This document shows positions 24,079 through 38,049 of a DNA stretch of 64,000 bases, piece after piece. Within the stretch, counting starts at the first letter, position 1. Every line of letters begins with the position of its first letter. The DNA comes from Cycas panzhihuaensis. Its lineage: Eukaryota > Plantae > Cycadophyta. The position numbers were made by a program, and so were the translations under genes. Where the stretch lies: assembly GCA_023213395.1 (NCBI GenBank), contig CM041465.1, forward strand, positions 151,287,741 to 151,351,740, given 5' to 3'. The notes below the pieces were generated by a model. The model was given only the letters and a program-made list of their open reading frames with translations, did no database searches and was not told the DNA's origin.

Positions 24079-27000
24079 TATTAGAGTGTTATAATAACCA
24101 CTTAACAATTAATGTTAATGTGGTGAAGTATTATATAAATAATGTTGACATTATTATAATGTAATAAGCTAACGGATGTAAGTCATTATATATTGGAGAC
24201 ACTTATGATCTATAAATATAGATCAATTTCCATTGTATTATGACATGATAGATCTATAAAAATATGACAATAATATTATTTTGTGGTGTGTTTTCCCTGC
24301 ATATATTCCCACGTGAAATATGTTTATCCCTTGTGTGTGCTCTCTTCAAGTCTATTACATTCATAAATAATCTTGTACCTATTTAAATATGTGGTGTTTC
24401 CTAATATAGTATTAAAGCAATAGGAGGTGCACAACTGGGCATATGTTATCTAGATTGTTTGATCATTAATTATTAGGTCATGTTGGCTCACTTATTAAGG
24501 ATCAGCTTATTTGACAACTGAAGGAACTACACAGAGGTGTAAATGATCATGTACAGATCTTGGAGCCTTCTCTTTCATATTTTATAGGAATTTAATAGCC
24601 TATGGAGGTGTGCAGATAAGTAGAAGGTTATGTTTTGGTTTATGTAGGTGCCAGTGACCCCTATTTTTAAATATGCAATCCTAATTACTCTGTTGCTAGT
24701 CATTGGTGCATGTATTGAGCCTACCAAAGGTGCTAAATCTAATTATAGAGAATGCCACTAAGTTTCTAGCTAACTTGAGAGGTGTAGCCACCCATGAAGT
24801 GATTGATTATAGCCTTTGCATGAATGAAGTAGCCTCCAGTGTTGTTGCAGATCAAGACATCCTCTAAGGCAAAGTTGCAATATAGAGAGGCATATTGAAG
24901 TGGTTTGAAATTATTATTGCCATGATTGTGTATTCACTGAATTGCATGGAGAGCTATAGAATCATCAAGATGCGTAAGAAAATCACATACAGTAGTCATA
25001 AATTTCACTATAATAATATAAAGTATTTTATATAGATATATCACCTTAATATTTTATTTAATCATAATTGAATTATGTGATGATACTTATTGTGCAGTGA
25101 TAATCTAATTGCCTAGCCTACATGATATATATTCTCTACATGATTTAATCTATTACACCCTGTCTGATTTATTTTAAGTCACCCAACTTGATTTAATATT
25201 ATCAATCAGAGTTACATGTTGATTTAATTTGGTATACGTGATGAATATATTATATTAGATTTTGCTTGTTTAATATTTGGTGGGATCATATGTTCGGTAA
25301 AGTTGTCAAGATAGATATTATTATTGGTATGCGTAATATAATATTGCTATAGATTTTTTATAATGTTGCCTATGATTGCTTTGTTATTGTGTTATCATCA
25401 TTATCGTAGCAATTTTATAGTTCACCCATTGTAATTTTTTCAGTCATGATGATAGATTATAGTCATCAGTCATGATTATGGTATTTTTGCTCATATTTTA
25501 TCATTGCATAATGATATATTCACCTTATACTAAAGTCACCCAATATCAAGTTGCATTGATATTTTATGATGTCACCCATTGGTATATTTTTAAGAGATTT
25601 TGATTTATATAAAATTACCTTTATTGTTATGTAATTTGGCATTGATATATTTTATAAATCAAGTGCAAGTTAATATATCATATAGACATCACTTTTAAAA
25701 TATTATGTCATTTGATTAAAGTTAATCACCTTTATTATTAAGTATGGTATGGGGAAAAGTGATGTTTAAATGGCAAAATATGTGTTTATTTTACACTCTT
25801 AATTAATGATGGGGTGATGAGGCATTGATTTAATGGCAATGATATGAGAAATTATATGTGTTTACGTAAGAGTTTCAGGCATGTGTTATCAAGGTAGTGG
25901 AGTTCACTAATAGATAATAGGACAAGATTAATGGTAATCTTTAATGGGTGAGTTACCTATCAATGTTAGTGTATTTTCATTGATTGATAGAAAGGCAAGA
26001 AATAAGTGAGTTAATAGAAATACCTAAATTACAGGACAAGCAAACTTTATTAAGTGGTCCTAGATAATTTCACATATATTATCAAGGTGTGGTTTACTAT
26101 ATATTATATAATGATGTATTTTATTCAGTTATATCAGAGTTTTTACATCAGGTATATATAGTAAAGTTGTTCAATTACAGTTTTATGGCATGTTTGTATA
26201 AGTGGTTATTAGTTTGATGGTGGATCATTATACTTTAGGTGGTTGAACTAATGTTAGCATGAGGGTTTATTATCTGTTGGATGCTAGTTCAACTTGTATA
26301 CATATCTAAACAAGTCTAATATAAAATTGATAGTGTGATTATACAAGATTGAAGTGTGAATGGAAAGGTCTATGACGAGAAGCCTTAAAATTAGTTTTAC
26401 CTTTATCATTATATGAAACAAGCATTAGATGTCTCAAGAAACCCCATAAGATTAAGTTTTAGGTTAAGAATGGTACCATGATACAGATGTGGAGGTGTTT
26501 GGTACATTGGTAAGAGTTTACCTCCTATGTTTTGTTGGCAGAAGTTGTTACGAAAATTATTTAATGGGTACCCAGTCAGGCTATTCATAGCCCCTATGTT
26601 ACATTGGACTAGTTAGAAACCTTCCATTGGTTAATTGAGGTGCATTGGACTGCACACATCTTAGATAAAGATCATAGTAGCAGGAGTACAAGAGTTTGAA
26701 GTGAATAGGATTTGAAACAAAGCTTACAAACTATGTGATCTATAGGGGAATTACATTATGATTAGTCTAGACATTAAGTTAAAGAGTTATTAACATATCA
26801 TGTTGAATGTCATTTGAATATAGGTTTCATCCTTCATTCCTTCCTTTTCCAAGTTGTGGTTCAATAGGTGTAAAGGTTTATGTACCTGATATTATGTCTG
26901 ATATAGAAGTAGGACCTAGTAGGAGCATTGATAAGGAGTTATTATATGAAGAAGAGACACAAATTGTAACACGTGTTCCATTAATGGTTGAAAACCTACA

Positions 27001-27948
27001 AGATTATTAAAGAACGATGATTAGCATGCTAGTCAATCTTATGATAAATACCAATGTTCTAGCTAGAAAAGATTCACAATGGAGAGTTGCATTTGAGATT
27101 ATATAATGAAGGATTTAGGTATAAGGAGACATTTACACCTATCTCAATGTTATTGGTCCATTCGATCTTTTCTTTAACACCTACATATAGTTAAGAGTCA
27201 TATCATATCAGCATTCCTTAATGGAGACTTGAAGAGGAGATTCATATGGTTCAAGTGGCTCAACCTCTTAGTTTAGTTAAGGAAAATAACTGAGTTTTAT
27301 GGACTAAGTATCTGTGTGAGAGAGTTATATGGTCATAAGGACTATTGAAGTCATTTCCAAAGAATCACGTATATACAAGGCATAGCACCATTACATCTGA
27401 GAGTAGATTAGATCAAGGAAGATGCAAATTGAGTTTTACCCAAGTGAAGATCAACTTGAAGATATGTTTACCAAACTCTTACTAAAGATCACTTCATCAA
27501 TGTTCATGTGAATTTGGAATACAATGAGGTTATCCTTGAGGGGGGATCTATCATCAAGGATAAAGAGATAAATAAAACCTTAAGAAGATTTTAAGACCCT
27601 ATATTTACATTAAGAGGGGATGTTAGAGTGGTATAATAACCACTTACCAACTAATGTTAATGTAATGAATTATTGTATAGATAATGTTGATATTATTATG
27701 ATGTAATGAGTCGATAGATGTAAGTCAATGTATATTTGAGACACTTATGATCTATAAATATGTATCAAAGTCCATTATATTGTAACATGATAGATTTATA
27801 ACGAAGTGATAATAATATTATTTTATGGTAGGTTTTTCTTGCATGAGTTCCCACATCAAATCTATCTATCTCATGTGTGTGTTCTCTTCGAGTCTGTTGT
27901 GTTCATAAACGATCTTATACATGTTTGCATATTTGGTTCTTCACAATA
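24079..27948 (+). mobile_element. Non-autonomous Copia-derived LTR element E
   Basis: LTRs at 24079-24406 and 27621-27948. Decayed PBS tagtattaaagc, PPT aagagggga, TSD catat/tatat. Only an RNase H tail (EFYPSEDQLEDMFTK, ~27430-27480) is recognisable. Confidence 0.85.
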
Positions 27949-28134
27949 TATATGATCATCCTAATCACTAATTATAATATATTTGAGTTAACTCACATTC
28001 CCAATATTATATTTTTCTTTATTTTAAACCCTCAAATTTAATAAATTTCCCTTGGCCAATCTCATGACTTAATGTGTTCATAATTTCTTAATCCTCATAT
28101 TTGAGTTTGGTGTATTATAGAAGGAAGTGGGTCC

Positions 28135-28334
28135 CATTATGTTTCCTACATTTTCTATTCTTGTAAGACATCATCCTAAGTGAAGGAAGTTCTTGATAAG
28201 TGAAATAATAGATTATACAAGTAAAGATAAATGATATACTCATTTAATTGTTGTTGATTGAGTACGAGTAAGTGATAATTGCCTATTCATTATGTTTCCT
28301 GCATTTGCTATTCTTGTAAGACTTCATCCTAAGT
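28135..28334 (+). repeat. 47-bp direct repeat pair (28135-28181, 28288-28334)
   Basis: cattatgtttcct(a/g)cattt(t/g)ctattcttgtaagac(a/t)tcatcctaagt occurs twice. Confidence 0.85.
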
Positions 28335-28399
28335 TATGGGAATCTAGATCACCCTACCTTTTAAATCCTTTGTTGAAGAATTTTTACACTCACAATATT

Positions 28400-30450
28400 A
28401 CTCTTATACATCATTTAGTTAATATGGATGAAGATGTAAAGAACTAGTTAAAAGGAATAGAGGGTGCACTATATGGAGATTTCTATTTGTTTATGGAATA
28501 CACTACTATATGATTATATGGTTTTGAGTGTTATTTACACAAGTATAGTCCTTCCAAGATGTTTTTCATGGAAGCATTCAAATAATTTATGAATATTAGA
28601 GGGAGGCTAAATCCCATTTTCAAGAAAGTACCTTATTAATCTAAAGTGGCCATGATAAGATATTGGAAAGTTAAAGATTAGGGAGAAGTAGAAAAGGAAG
28701 GTCCTTCTCTTACCATATGCAAAAAAAGAAAGAGTTCTTTAACATATTATGATCTTAATGGAGTGATTTCTAACTACATGAAGAGTATCAAGATGATCCC
28801 AAAGGAGGACCATACTGATAACCTCAAGTCTTACAAGAATCAAGAGGATGAAGATAAATTTTGCAATATCGAACCAATCTTCTATATAGGTATAGATCCC
28901 TATAATCCACACATAGTAAATCTTCCCTTAAAGGAAGCTCTTATAAAGGGAGAGACAAGACCCTTTAGTAAAAAGTTAGTGAAAAGGACTACAAGAGAAG
29001 AAAAGAAGAGAAAATAATTAAAAGGCTTGATGAGAAGGAAAAGGAAAAGAAGAAGAAAAAAAACTTGTTTTAATATGTTCTCCGTCACCAGTTTCCTAGC
29101 AATAAATAGCATAAACCTATATGACCAGGTAAGAAAAAATGAAGGCCATGATGAAAGAAATGGACTATCAATTATCTTCTTCCCCTCCTTTAGAGATAAA
29201 GAAGAAATAATACCTTCCACCAATTAAACTAGTGTTCACTCGTATTGAAGAGGCAACATCAATTCAGTTTTCTCCAATTCTAAAAGAGTCCCAAGAAATA
29301 ATCAAAGAAGTGGGATACACACAAAGAGAATTAGGGATATCCTCTCATGTGTAGACCAAGTCCCTTAAAATTATAGGTAAAATGAGAGAAACTATAGAAT
29401 TGGGAGAGATAGTAATTTTTATAGAAGGCCAAGAAGAGCAAGTTACAGAAGAGTTGAGGGAATCTTCACCTTAATCAAATCACTCTTATCATTCCTAGCA
29501 CAGAGAATAAGAAGAGATAATATTAGACACATAATTAAGAGGGGAGGAACCTAAGATAGATGAAGAGGTGGTAATAAGACTTGACCCCTAGGTTGTTGAG
29601 CAACTAAAGAATAGGCAATTATCACTTACTCATACTCAATCAACAACATTTGACAAAGATTCTAAGGAAAGATTTTATTAGTGGAACAAATAAGATAGAA
29701 GTCTTAAGAACACAATTATGAGAGGGAAAAAGATAGTTGAGACATTCACACAGTCTACTAGAGAGGATGTTATTATTGAATATATAGACCTAAGGCCTCA
29801 CATATATAAACTCTTAAAGAGGATTTTCTCCTTACACAATAAAGTTTAAAGGCTAAATGTTGTTGCCACTAAGATACACACTACTTATTCTGTGGAGATA
29901 TAACTAGAGGGAACCTTTTATAAATTTAATGGTAGAGTGACACTAAAGGGAGATCAAAGCAATGAATTCTATAAATATTTTATTTAGAAGTGGTAGCATA
30001 TTCTAAATGCACGGATAGAGAAGAGTCAAGCAATAGTGGCTAGTACTAGGAAGTTCAAGATTATCTTGGGTAATAGTTCAAATCAGATATTATTAATCAA
30101 CTTATATTTAAATTTATCCATATTAGCAAAGAAGAAATTATGGAAAAGCAAGAATTTCTAAAAATCATTACTTAAGAGTCAGACAAGTGGAAATAATAGG
30201 TCAACTTAAACATGGAAGAGGAAGCTGAAAATGGACCCAAAAGGTTTAGGACTGAAGAACCCATCAAGTCACCCTTAGAAACTTATTAGAGCATCAAGAT
30301 TAAAAGCTTGGCCCTATTGAAGATCAAGTATGCAAACTGAAAGGAGCTTATAGATGATAAGCCCTTTTCTCATACAAATCATGCATACAAAGATAAAGTC
30401 CAAAATTGGTATATCATCTTCAAATCTTACTCAAGGATAGGATAAGGCTT
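28400..30450 (+). mobile_element. Decayed E/K-rich ORF, probably an accessory ORF of a large Gypsy element
   Basis: YGDFYLFMEYTTI.LYGF motif ~28470-28530 followed by purine-rich, charged coding-like sequence. The family assignment is from memory and weak. Confidence 0.35.
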
Positions 30451-32363
30451 TTATAGGTGAGAATGTTTGAAATTTTTTATTCTAGTAAGAGTCAAATCAT
30501 GGGACATGCTATAATTAGATATGGAACATTGACTTTTAATTATCTTTCTGAGATTCTAATTACCTAACTCAACTACCACACTGAAGGGAAAAGGGTCTCC
30601 AAGAGTATTGCTTTGATGGTGATATTTCTAACTATTGCACTAGACCAGTAATCTTAGATAAAAGGTATGAGTCTTCAGATGAAAAGGATTCTTTTTCTAG
30701 AGAATTATATAGAGAGGAGGGAGAAGGAAGAAAGGTTTGATACTTTGATCTTCACTTGTATATTTATCTATATATATATTCTAAGGGATTGTAATTCATT
30801 AGAAAAGGGTCCATATGAAGTAAGCCACTTAATCCTAAGATCTTTTTGGTAAGCACATTTTAGTTGCTAAAGATCTTAAGGCCCATTTTAATTTTTATTA
30901 GTTTATGTCAAGAGATTATTCTAGAGAGTGCTTCAACACTCAATTATTCTATTGTAATCAAACTATTTCAATCATTGTAATGCAAAATATCTTATACTTC
31001 CATCATTTTCTCATTCCATTAAGAATATTATTTAATGGTTTGTAGATAAACATCCTATTTTATGAGTTAAGATTTATATTTTGCACATTGCTTATATATT
31101 GCTATGAGTTTTTTATTATTTACTTAAGAATCTATAATTAAGAAGTATATGAATGCTAGTTAGGGTTTTCAGCTATATTTTGATCTTTCATTATGGGTTA
31201 CTAAGGATTTGCAAACCTTTTTTACATTTACACTCTAATATTGATAAGGGATTTAGTGAAGAGCTAGTAATTAAGTCAAGAGAAAAATCCATCTTGATAT
31301 CACAAAGAGTCTTTGCCTACAATTTTAGCCTAGGTAAGGCATTGACTTAGTGTATACAATAGATAAAGGAAGAGATGATTTGAATCCATCTTTTATAGAT
31401 TGATTTTATAAGGTTCATTTTATCTAATTAAAGGTTTAATCTACTCAAGAGTTATGTGTTGCCATTTTGTTAAGCCTCCAAACAAGTAAATAGTAGATTT
31501 GTAAGGCGAATTGGACTAGGCAAAAGGTGTAGTTAAAGTAATGCCACAATAAGTCCCTCACTTAGAATACTTTCATTTCAATTTATTAAATCACTTGGGA
31601 TAATGAGATTGTCAATTAGAGTCATTTTGCTAAGTTTTTTAATAACTCTTTACATTCTCAGAATATCTTCCTTGGGGATGTTATTAAATAGCTGAATAGA
31701 TTCCAATACTAATAAATGTATTAAGGATATTACTTCCCCCTTTCTTTTAGGGGATGCCCTTCTCCTATAAATATTTTGATCTAAGTGCAAGATAAAGTGT
31801 AATAGTTAACTTTTGCTTCTTTTGATACTTCCTCTATTGCTTTCTTTACCATCATAAAATAATTAATCTATACTTTATGCTTTGGATTATTTGTCTCTTC
31901 CTTCTTAGATTTTGTATTTAATCCATTTCTAGTTTGGAGATTAATTAATATATGCAAGTTAAGCACTATTAGTTATAGATTGGTAAATTTTGCATTTAGG
32001 GGCAACTCTTAGTGGGGTGGTTACACAGACTACATTTTTTGCATACATGGGTGTTATTATCATCCATCTTCTCATAAGGATACTCTAATCTATAATGCCT
32101 AAATCCTAAACAAAATAAGCATCCAGCCACTAACTACTTATTTTTTTATAGGTTAAGTGTTATTTTAATCAAATATGATAACCTAGTTTCTCCTCTACCT
32201 CAACCCCTACCTTGAGTGTTATTATGATGAACATTATAGTAGCAATTATGCAAGTTATGTGTGATTGTCTCATAAATAGGATATTATAATTCCTCTATAC
32301 TTTCTCCCATCCTCCTACTACTACTAGGTTTCTCCTCTTATTCTACTATTTCCTTACTCTTTT

Positions 32364-35300
32364 CTTTCTTTTTTGATAAGGTAAAAGAATAATCATGGGT
32401 TTTAAAATAGGATCCCAAAACCTTTTACATCAGAAGTGCCTTAGATCCTAATCTAAGGTGGCTATGACAAGCCCATGGCCTAGCTCAAACCATCACCCCT
32501 CATCAAACCCCCTACCGCAATAAGCCTTGTGGCTAGCTTTGCTACCTCACCTGGCCCTAATCCTCCTCAACCTGCTTCATAATTTCCTTTGGGAGATTCT
32601 CTCTCCATATCATAGACCTTCTATGGTTCACTCCCTAATTTGCTAGTTTATCCACCACCTTATTCCCCTCTCTATAAGTGTGTCTTAGCTGAATGTTTTT
32701 TACCCCTTTTAAGGCCTCTTAAGTATCCCTAATCAGATCTTGAGTTCTCTAGTCTGGCTCAGATATACCTTCTAAGAGGTTTATCATGTTAAGAAAATCC
32801 CCTTCAAGAATCAGCATGCCATGTTGCCTTTTCAGAGCCAAGTCCACTACTTTCAAAATGGTTACCATCTCTGCCATGCGATTTATCTGTTCATTGTAAT
32901 ACTCAATGAAAGCCTATTTAACTTTCCCTTTAGTATCTCTATAAACTCCCCCCCCTCGAGTGTCCCTGGGGTTACCTTTTGAAGCTCCATCAAAATTTAC
33001 TTTTACCCAAGGATCCTCAAGGAGGATCTAGAAGCATGTTTTTCTCTCTTTCTCCTAGATCTTTGGGGTAAGCCACCAATCCCTCAATATAGAGCTTTCC
33101 AAATCTGAAATGCTTTTGTCATCTTTGGGCTTCACAAACTCTCCTACTTTAGTGTAGATAATATTATAAAATTTATTCTCATCCATTTGTCTATCTTGAA
33201 AAACCCTTATGTTCCTCTCCTTCCAAAAATTCCACATCATTAGAGGAAAGGAGGCCCTCCAAATATTAGACATGTATCTACTTCTGAATGGACTATACCA
33301 AGATAACCATTACTCCACTATGGTTCTAGAAGGAACCCATTGGATTTCAAAAAGGTGCATAACTTTCCTCCAGACCCCACTAGCAATCATGCAATATAGG
33401 AAAATGTGATCTACTAATTCTTCCTCCTTATAACAGACCACACACCTGTTCGACATCATGAATCCCCTCTTTCTAAGGTTATCCACCATGAGAATATTAT
33501 TCTTTAGGCATGTCCACCAAAACACTACTATCTTAGGGATCATATCTAATTTCCAAACCCCTTCTAAAAGTGTGTTCCTCTGATCCCCCCTATCAACACA
33601 TAAGGAATAATAGCCTTACTTCATATAGTAATCCCCAGACTGAGATGAGGGCCATACCATAAAATCCACTCTACCTCTTTTAGGGATGTAGTACTTGTCA
33701 ATTTCTAGTTTAAGGGTAGTAGTCCTCTCCTAGGGAATTGTCTCCTCTTGGATCTCCTCAAAATCCCTCTATCTTTGATCACTACCCCATCCTATCTAAT
33801 AATCCTTAACATGAATTCAATAGTTCCTCTTACATAGATATTGTAAGGGAGCTAAATTAAGCCTACTGCTTAGCTTTCTATCTCCATACCAAACATCCTC
33901 CTAGAATCTTATTGTCTTCTCATCTCCCAGTTTCCAATGCACCCCACCCTTTAACATCCTTTTAGATTTTAGGATACTTCTCTAAATAGAAGAGCCTGAG
34001 GAGGGGATCAACCTATCACTTAGAAACTTGCCACCCTGAAAATACTTTTGGGATAGGATCCTATCCCATAAGCCACCCCCACCCTTTATAATGCACCAAC
34101 CCAACTTCACCATGAGAGCATTATTGAAGAGTGGTAGTCTTATAAGATTTAGACCTCTAGCCCATTTAGGGCCACATACTTTATCCCATCCCACCAAGTG
34201 AATTCTTTCCTTCTCCTCTACTCTAGATTAGAGGAATCTCTTTTGGATAAACTCTAAAAGTGCTGCAACTTTGCCTGGTAGTCTAAAAATGGATATCCAA
34301 TATACCGGGATGCTCTTAAGGGATGATGCAACCAACTAGATCTTACCAGCTTGGCTGAGAAGAACTCCCTTCTAGCCTGCTAACTTCCTTTGGACCCTAT
34401 CAATCACTGAGTCCCACTTTTCCTTTATCATCTTGCTTACAAATAAGGGCATCCTTAGGTACATGGTAGGAAGTTTCTAGATTGACATCTATAATATTCT
34501 TCTTATCCTCCTTTGTATTTCCTCCAGCATATATATGAAAAAAACATTATTTTTATTAAATTTTATCTTCTGGTTAATGGCCCGCTTAAACCTCTTCAGT
34601 CCTTCTTTAAAATTACGAACTTCTTCCAAATCTATTTTTCCTAAGAAGATGTTATTGCCAATAAATTGATTATGCACAACATTGTGAATATCAGATATTG
34701 GCTTTAGACCCTTAATAGCCCCATGTCTTCTAGTCTCCTCCATGGCCCTTCCCAATAATTTAGCCAAAATTATAAATAAGTAGGGGGACATTGGGTCTCT
34801 TTGTCTTAACTCTCTAGATCCCATAAAGAATCTCAAATATTTACCATTAATGATAATAGAATATTAGGGTTTGGAGATACAAAGGTTCACCCCCCTCCAT
34901 ATTTCTCCAAACCCAAAGGCTTCCAAACATTCTAGCAAGCACTCTTAAGAAGCTCTATTGTAGGCTTTTAAGAGATTAATCTTAATTAACATACTAGGGT
35001 CCTTCCTTTAATAAGACGAATGGAGTGTCTCATGGATAACTATTATACCATCCATGATCTGTCTACTCTGCCCTACACAAATATGTCCTAGTTCGGGGAT
35101 ATTATCTGAGGGAAGATCCTTTTTAATCTGTTTGCCAGTACTTTAGATAAAATCTTGTACTTCACATTGCATAGGTTGATAGTATGAAAATCCTCCATCC
35201 TTTTAGCACCCTCGATTTTAAGGATTAGCACTATAAATATGGCTTGCCATTCACCTAGAAGCTTTCAATTTCTGTGGAACTCATTTAGAGCTTCCATTGA

Positions 35301-35472
35301 GTCCTCCTTGATTATATCCCAAATTTCCTAGAAGAAGTTAGGTGGGAAGCCATTTGGGCCTGGGGCATTCTCCCTCTTCATCTTAAAAACTACTTTCTCC
35401 ACTTCATCTTGAGTAAAAGGAATCTCCAACAAATCATTTTGATCTTAAGAAAGTCCTCTATAGCAACCTTAT
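32364..35472 (-). mobile_element. L1-clade LINE 2 (5'-truncated ORF2: RT, zf-RVT, RNase H)
   Basis: Perfect 18-bp TSD ctatttccttactctttt (32346-32363, 35473-35490). T-rich tail. LRQRDPMSPYLF, WDKVCGPK..GL, NRCVVC..EELVDHIFLYC, and RNase H WVKVNFDGASKGNP ~32970-33010. Confidence 0.93.
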
Positions 35473-35490
35473 CTATTTCCTTACTCTTTT

Positions 35491-36432
35491 TTAGATTTAG
35501 CTTCAATTAGGTAATTTCTTCACTTAATGCTTCTATTCAAGATGTTTTAACCTTCTTTGTTATGGCCTTACATGATTTTTTTACCTATGATTATCTAATT
35601 TCATCAAGTAACATTTTTAACATTCCTTCATGGTTCCTAATTTCTTCTAAATCCATTTGTTTATCAAATTCTAATGCTAATGTTTTTTCCTATATATCCT
35701 CTTGGTTACTGCTTTAGAAAATCTATTAGCTAATATTGTAACCTACTCATAAAATAACTCTCCATAAGATAATCTAGTACCTATTTCCCATTGATTATAT
35801 TTCTAATGATGATTGCCATTCAACTTACAAAATCCAAGATAGACTCTCCCTACTATTACCTAACATCTCTTAATGCATAGATGATTGCCTCATTGCTTTA
35901 TAGTTTTTAAAATTTCTCTTAAAATTATTTTGTAGCTTGTCCTTATATCTTAGTGTCGGCATCTAATTCTTTATACCATATTAATGAAATTCCCCTCAAG
36001 ATACAAGAAAACATTCATTTAATATTCACCTTCCCTATGTTTTTTCTTAATTTTATCATGTTTTCAATAAATACAAATGCCCTATTGCATATGTTATTCT
36101 ATAGAAGATTAAGTGATTAAAGACACCATTATAGTAGCTCATTGAGTGTGAGGAGGCTGCATCTTAGGAAGAGTATTATGATGAGGCATACTTGTAATTA
36201 TTACATTGATAGATTATAATAGTAGGCTTGCTTTTAATATTACCCCTATCTTTTCATTAGTTTTAAATTATGGATTATTATATGATATCTTTAGTTGTAT
36301 TATTACTTCCAACCTTGGAACTTAAATTACCAATGATGTTTATATTAAGAATGTGTCATTTCTCGATTTTGGAAATGTATCAAATAATTCCCTAGTAAAA
36401 TAACTCTTCCATATTACCATATGGCCTTCCTT
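35491..36432 (-). mobile_element. Decayed Ty3/Gypsy gag of the host element that received LINE 2 and element F
   Basis: Minus strand reads ILRGISLIWYKEL and ALRDVR...GESILDFVS...YFMSRL (retrotransposon gag pattern). Decayed knuckle-like motifs continue at ~31950-32300. Confidence 0.6.
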
Positions 36433-37986
36433 TGTTGGAATATTAATGCACATTTGTTTTGTCCCACATGTAAGTGGGTCCCACTCTCTCTATATTGACA
36501 TGTATTATAAATACACAACATTGTGTATCATATTGTATAGATTGTAATTATGTAGTAATGATGTTTTGTTAATATAATAGAGGTACCTTAAGGGTACCGT
36601 TTGATCCTAGAGGTGTTTGTTCTGTTTGCAAATATTTTATTGCAAGTTCTATTTTCCAACATGGTATCAGAGCACCTAGGTTGAAGTGAGCTTGAGTGAC
36701 ATGAAGCATTGGTTGGTGAAACCCTAATTCTAGCGTGTGTGGAGATGGCTCTGTAGAGTTGTTCATGCCTGTTCCCATTTGACGATGCTATTTGTATGTC
36801 CCAGAGATATTAGCCCTCGGTTGAGCTGTAAAAGAATACAAACCCTAGCAAAGCTATTACACAGCCATGAATCATTAATACAGCAATAAAACAAAGGTAT
36901 ACTTAGCATATTTAATCTCCTGTGGATAATTTTAGGGTTTAAATATATGTTGATCATATGAATGTATATCATCCCATCTATGGAATAAAGTGACATTAGT
37001 ATTGTATTGGGTGATGATTGCATTATTACAGTTGTTAAATCTTGTATTTGATATCGTAGTGATATGTTGAAGCATGTGTTTAATGATATTTAATCGGTTG
37101 TATTCTCTCTTCTCCATCTGAGTGATAATTAAGCTACCCTGCCTTATGATTTCCTTCAGCCCATCAGATATATCAGTTGTTGTTAATCCCATTGATATAT
37201 TGATATACTATGTAATATCAAGAAATTACATAGATAATATATATCCTCACTGCGTCTCCTGTGTATGGCATTTACTCGCATCTACAGCCATAGTTTCTCT
37301 GTCAATTATATGTTGATATTGGTGTCACCCTATTGTGCATCCGCTAGTTCATGTTTGTATATATTTGTACCGATGTTTTGTATATATGTATGCTGTCGTG
37401 GATGATGAATTTGTGTTGCCATAGATTTATGTTTAATTTTCATCATCCATGAGTGATGAATATATTGTGTCCCATTTGAATATGTGATCTCCACCATCTA
37501 TGTTAATGATTTATAGTCACAGTTCACCTATATTGATTGCACAACCATTCATATTTTTTCCATATTTAATTTTTATGCAGTCGACTTTATGTGTATTTTA
37601 ATGCTGTCGTAGTCGTCACTTGAAATCGTCCCTTATATACTTTGTTTTGATTTGTATTAAGCCACCCTTTATTAAAGATAGTCACTCATCTAGTCATACA
37701 CATGATATAAATGCATGATACATCCTCACCCTTGTTGCACTTGCAGTCATTCCATACTATGTCGCCCTCACGTGATTGTGTTACAGTTGCTAGTGATATT
37801 TGTAGCTTATCATTGATATTTGATCAATGGCGTTACCATTTTAATATCTACAATTACCTATGTTCAATGTAAAGTGTCATTTTCAAAGTCATAGCTCATA
37901 TAATATTCAATTCGCTTTATTATTAAATTCAACGTCAATGTTAAAGTCGACCATCATTAAAATATTTTATTGCCATTCACCTGTGA

Positions 37987-37989
<3 letters not shown>

Positions 37990-38047
<58 letters not shown>
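37990..38047. repeat. (AT)n microsatellite, about 29 units
   Basis: Directly visible. Confidence 0.95.
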
Positions 38048-38049
<2 letters not shown>

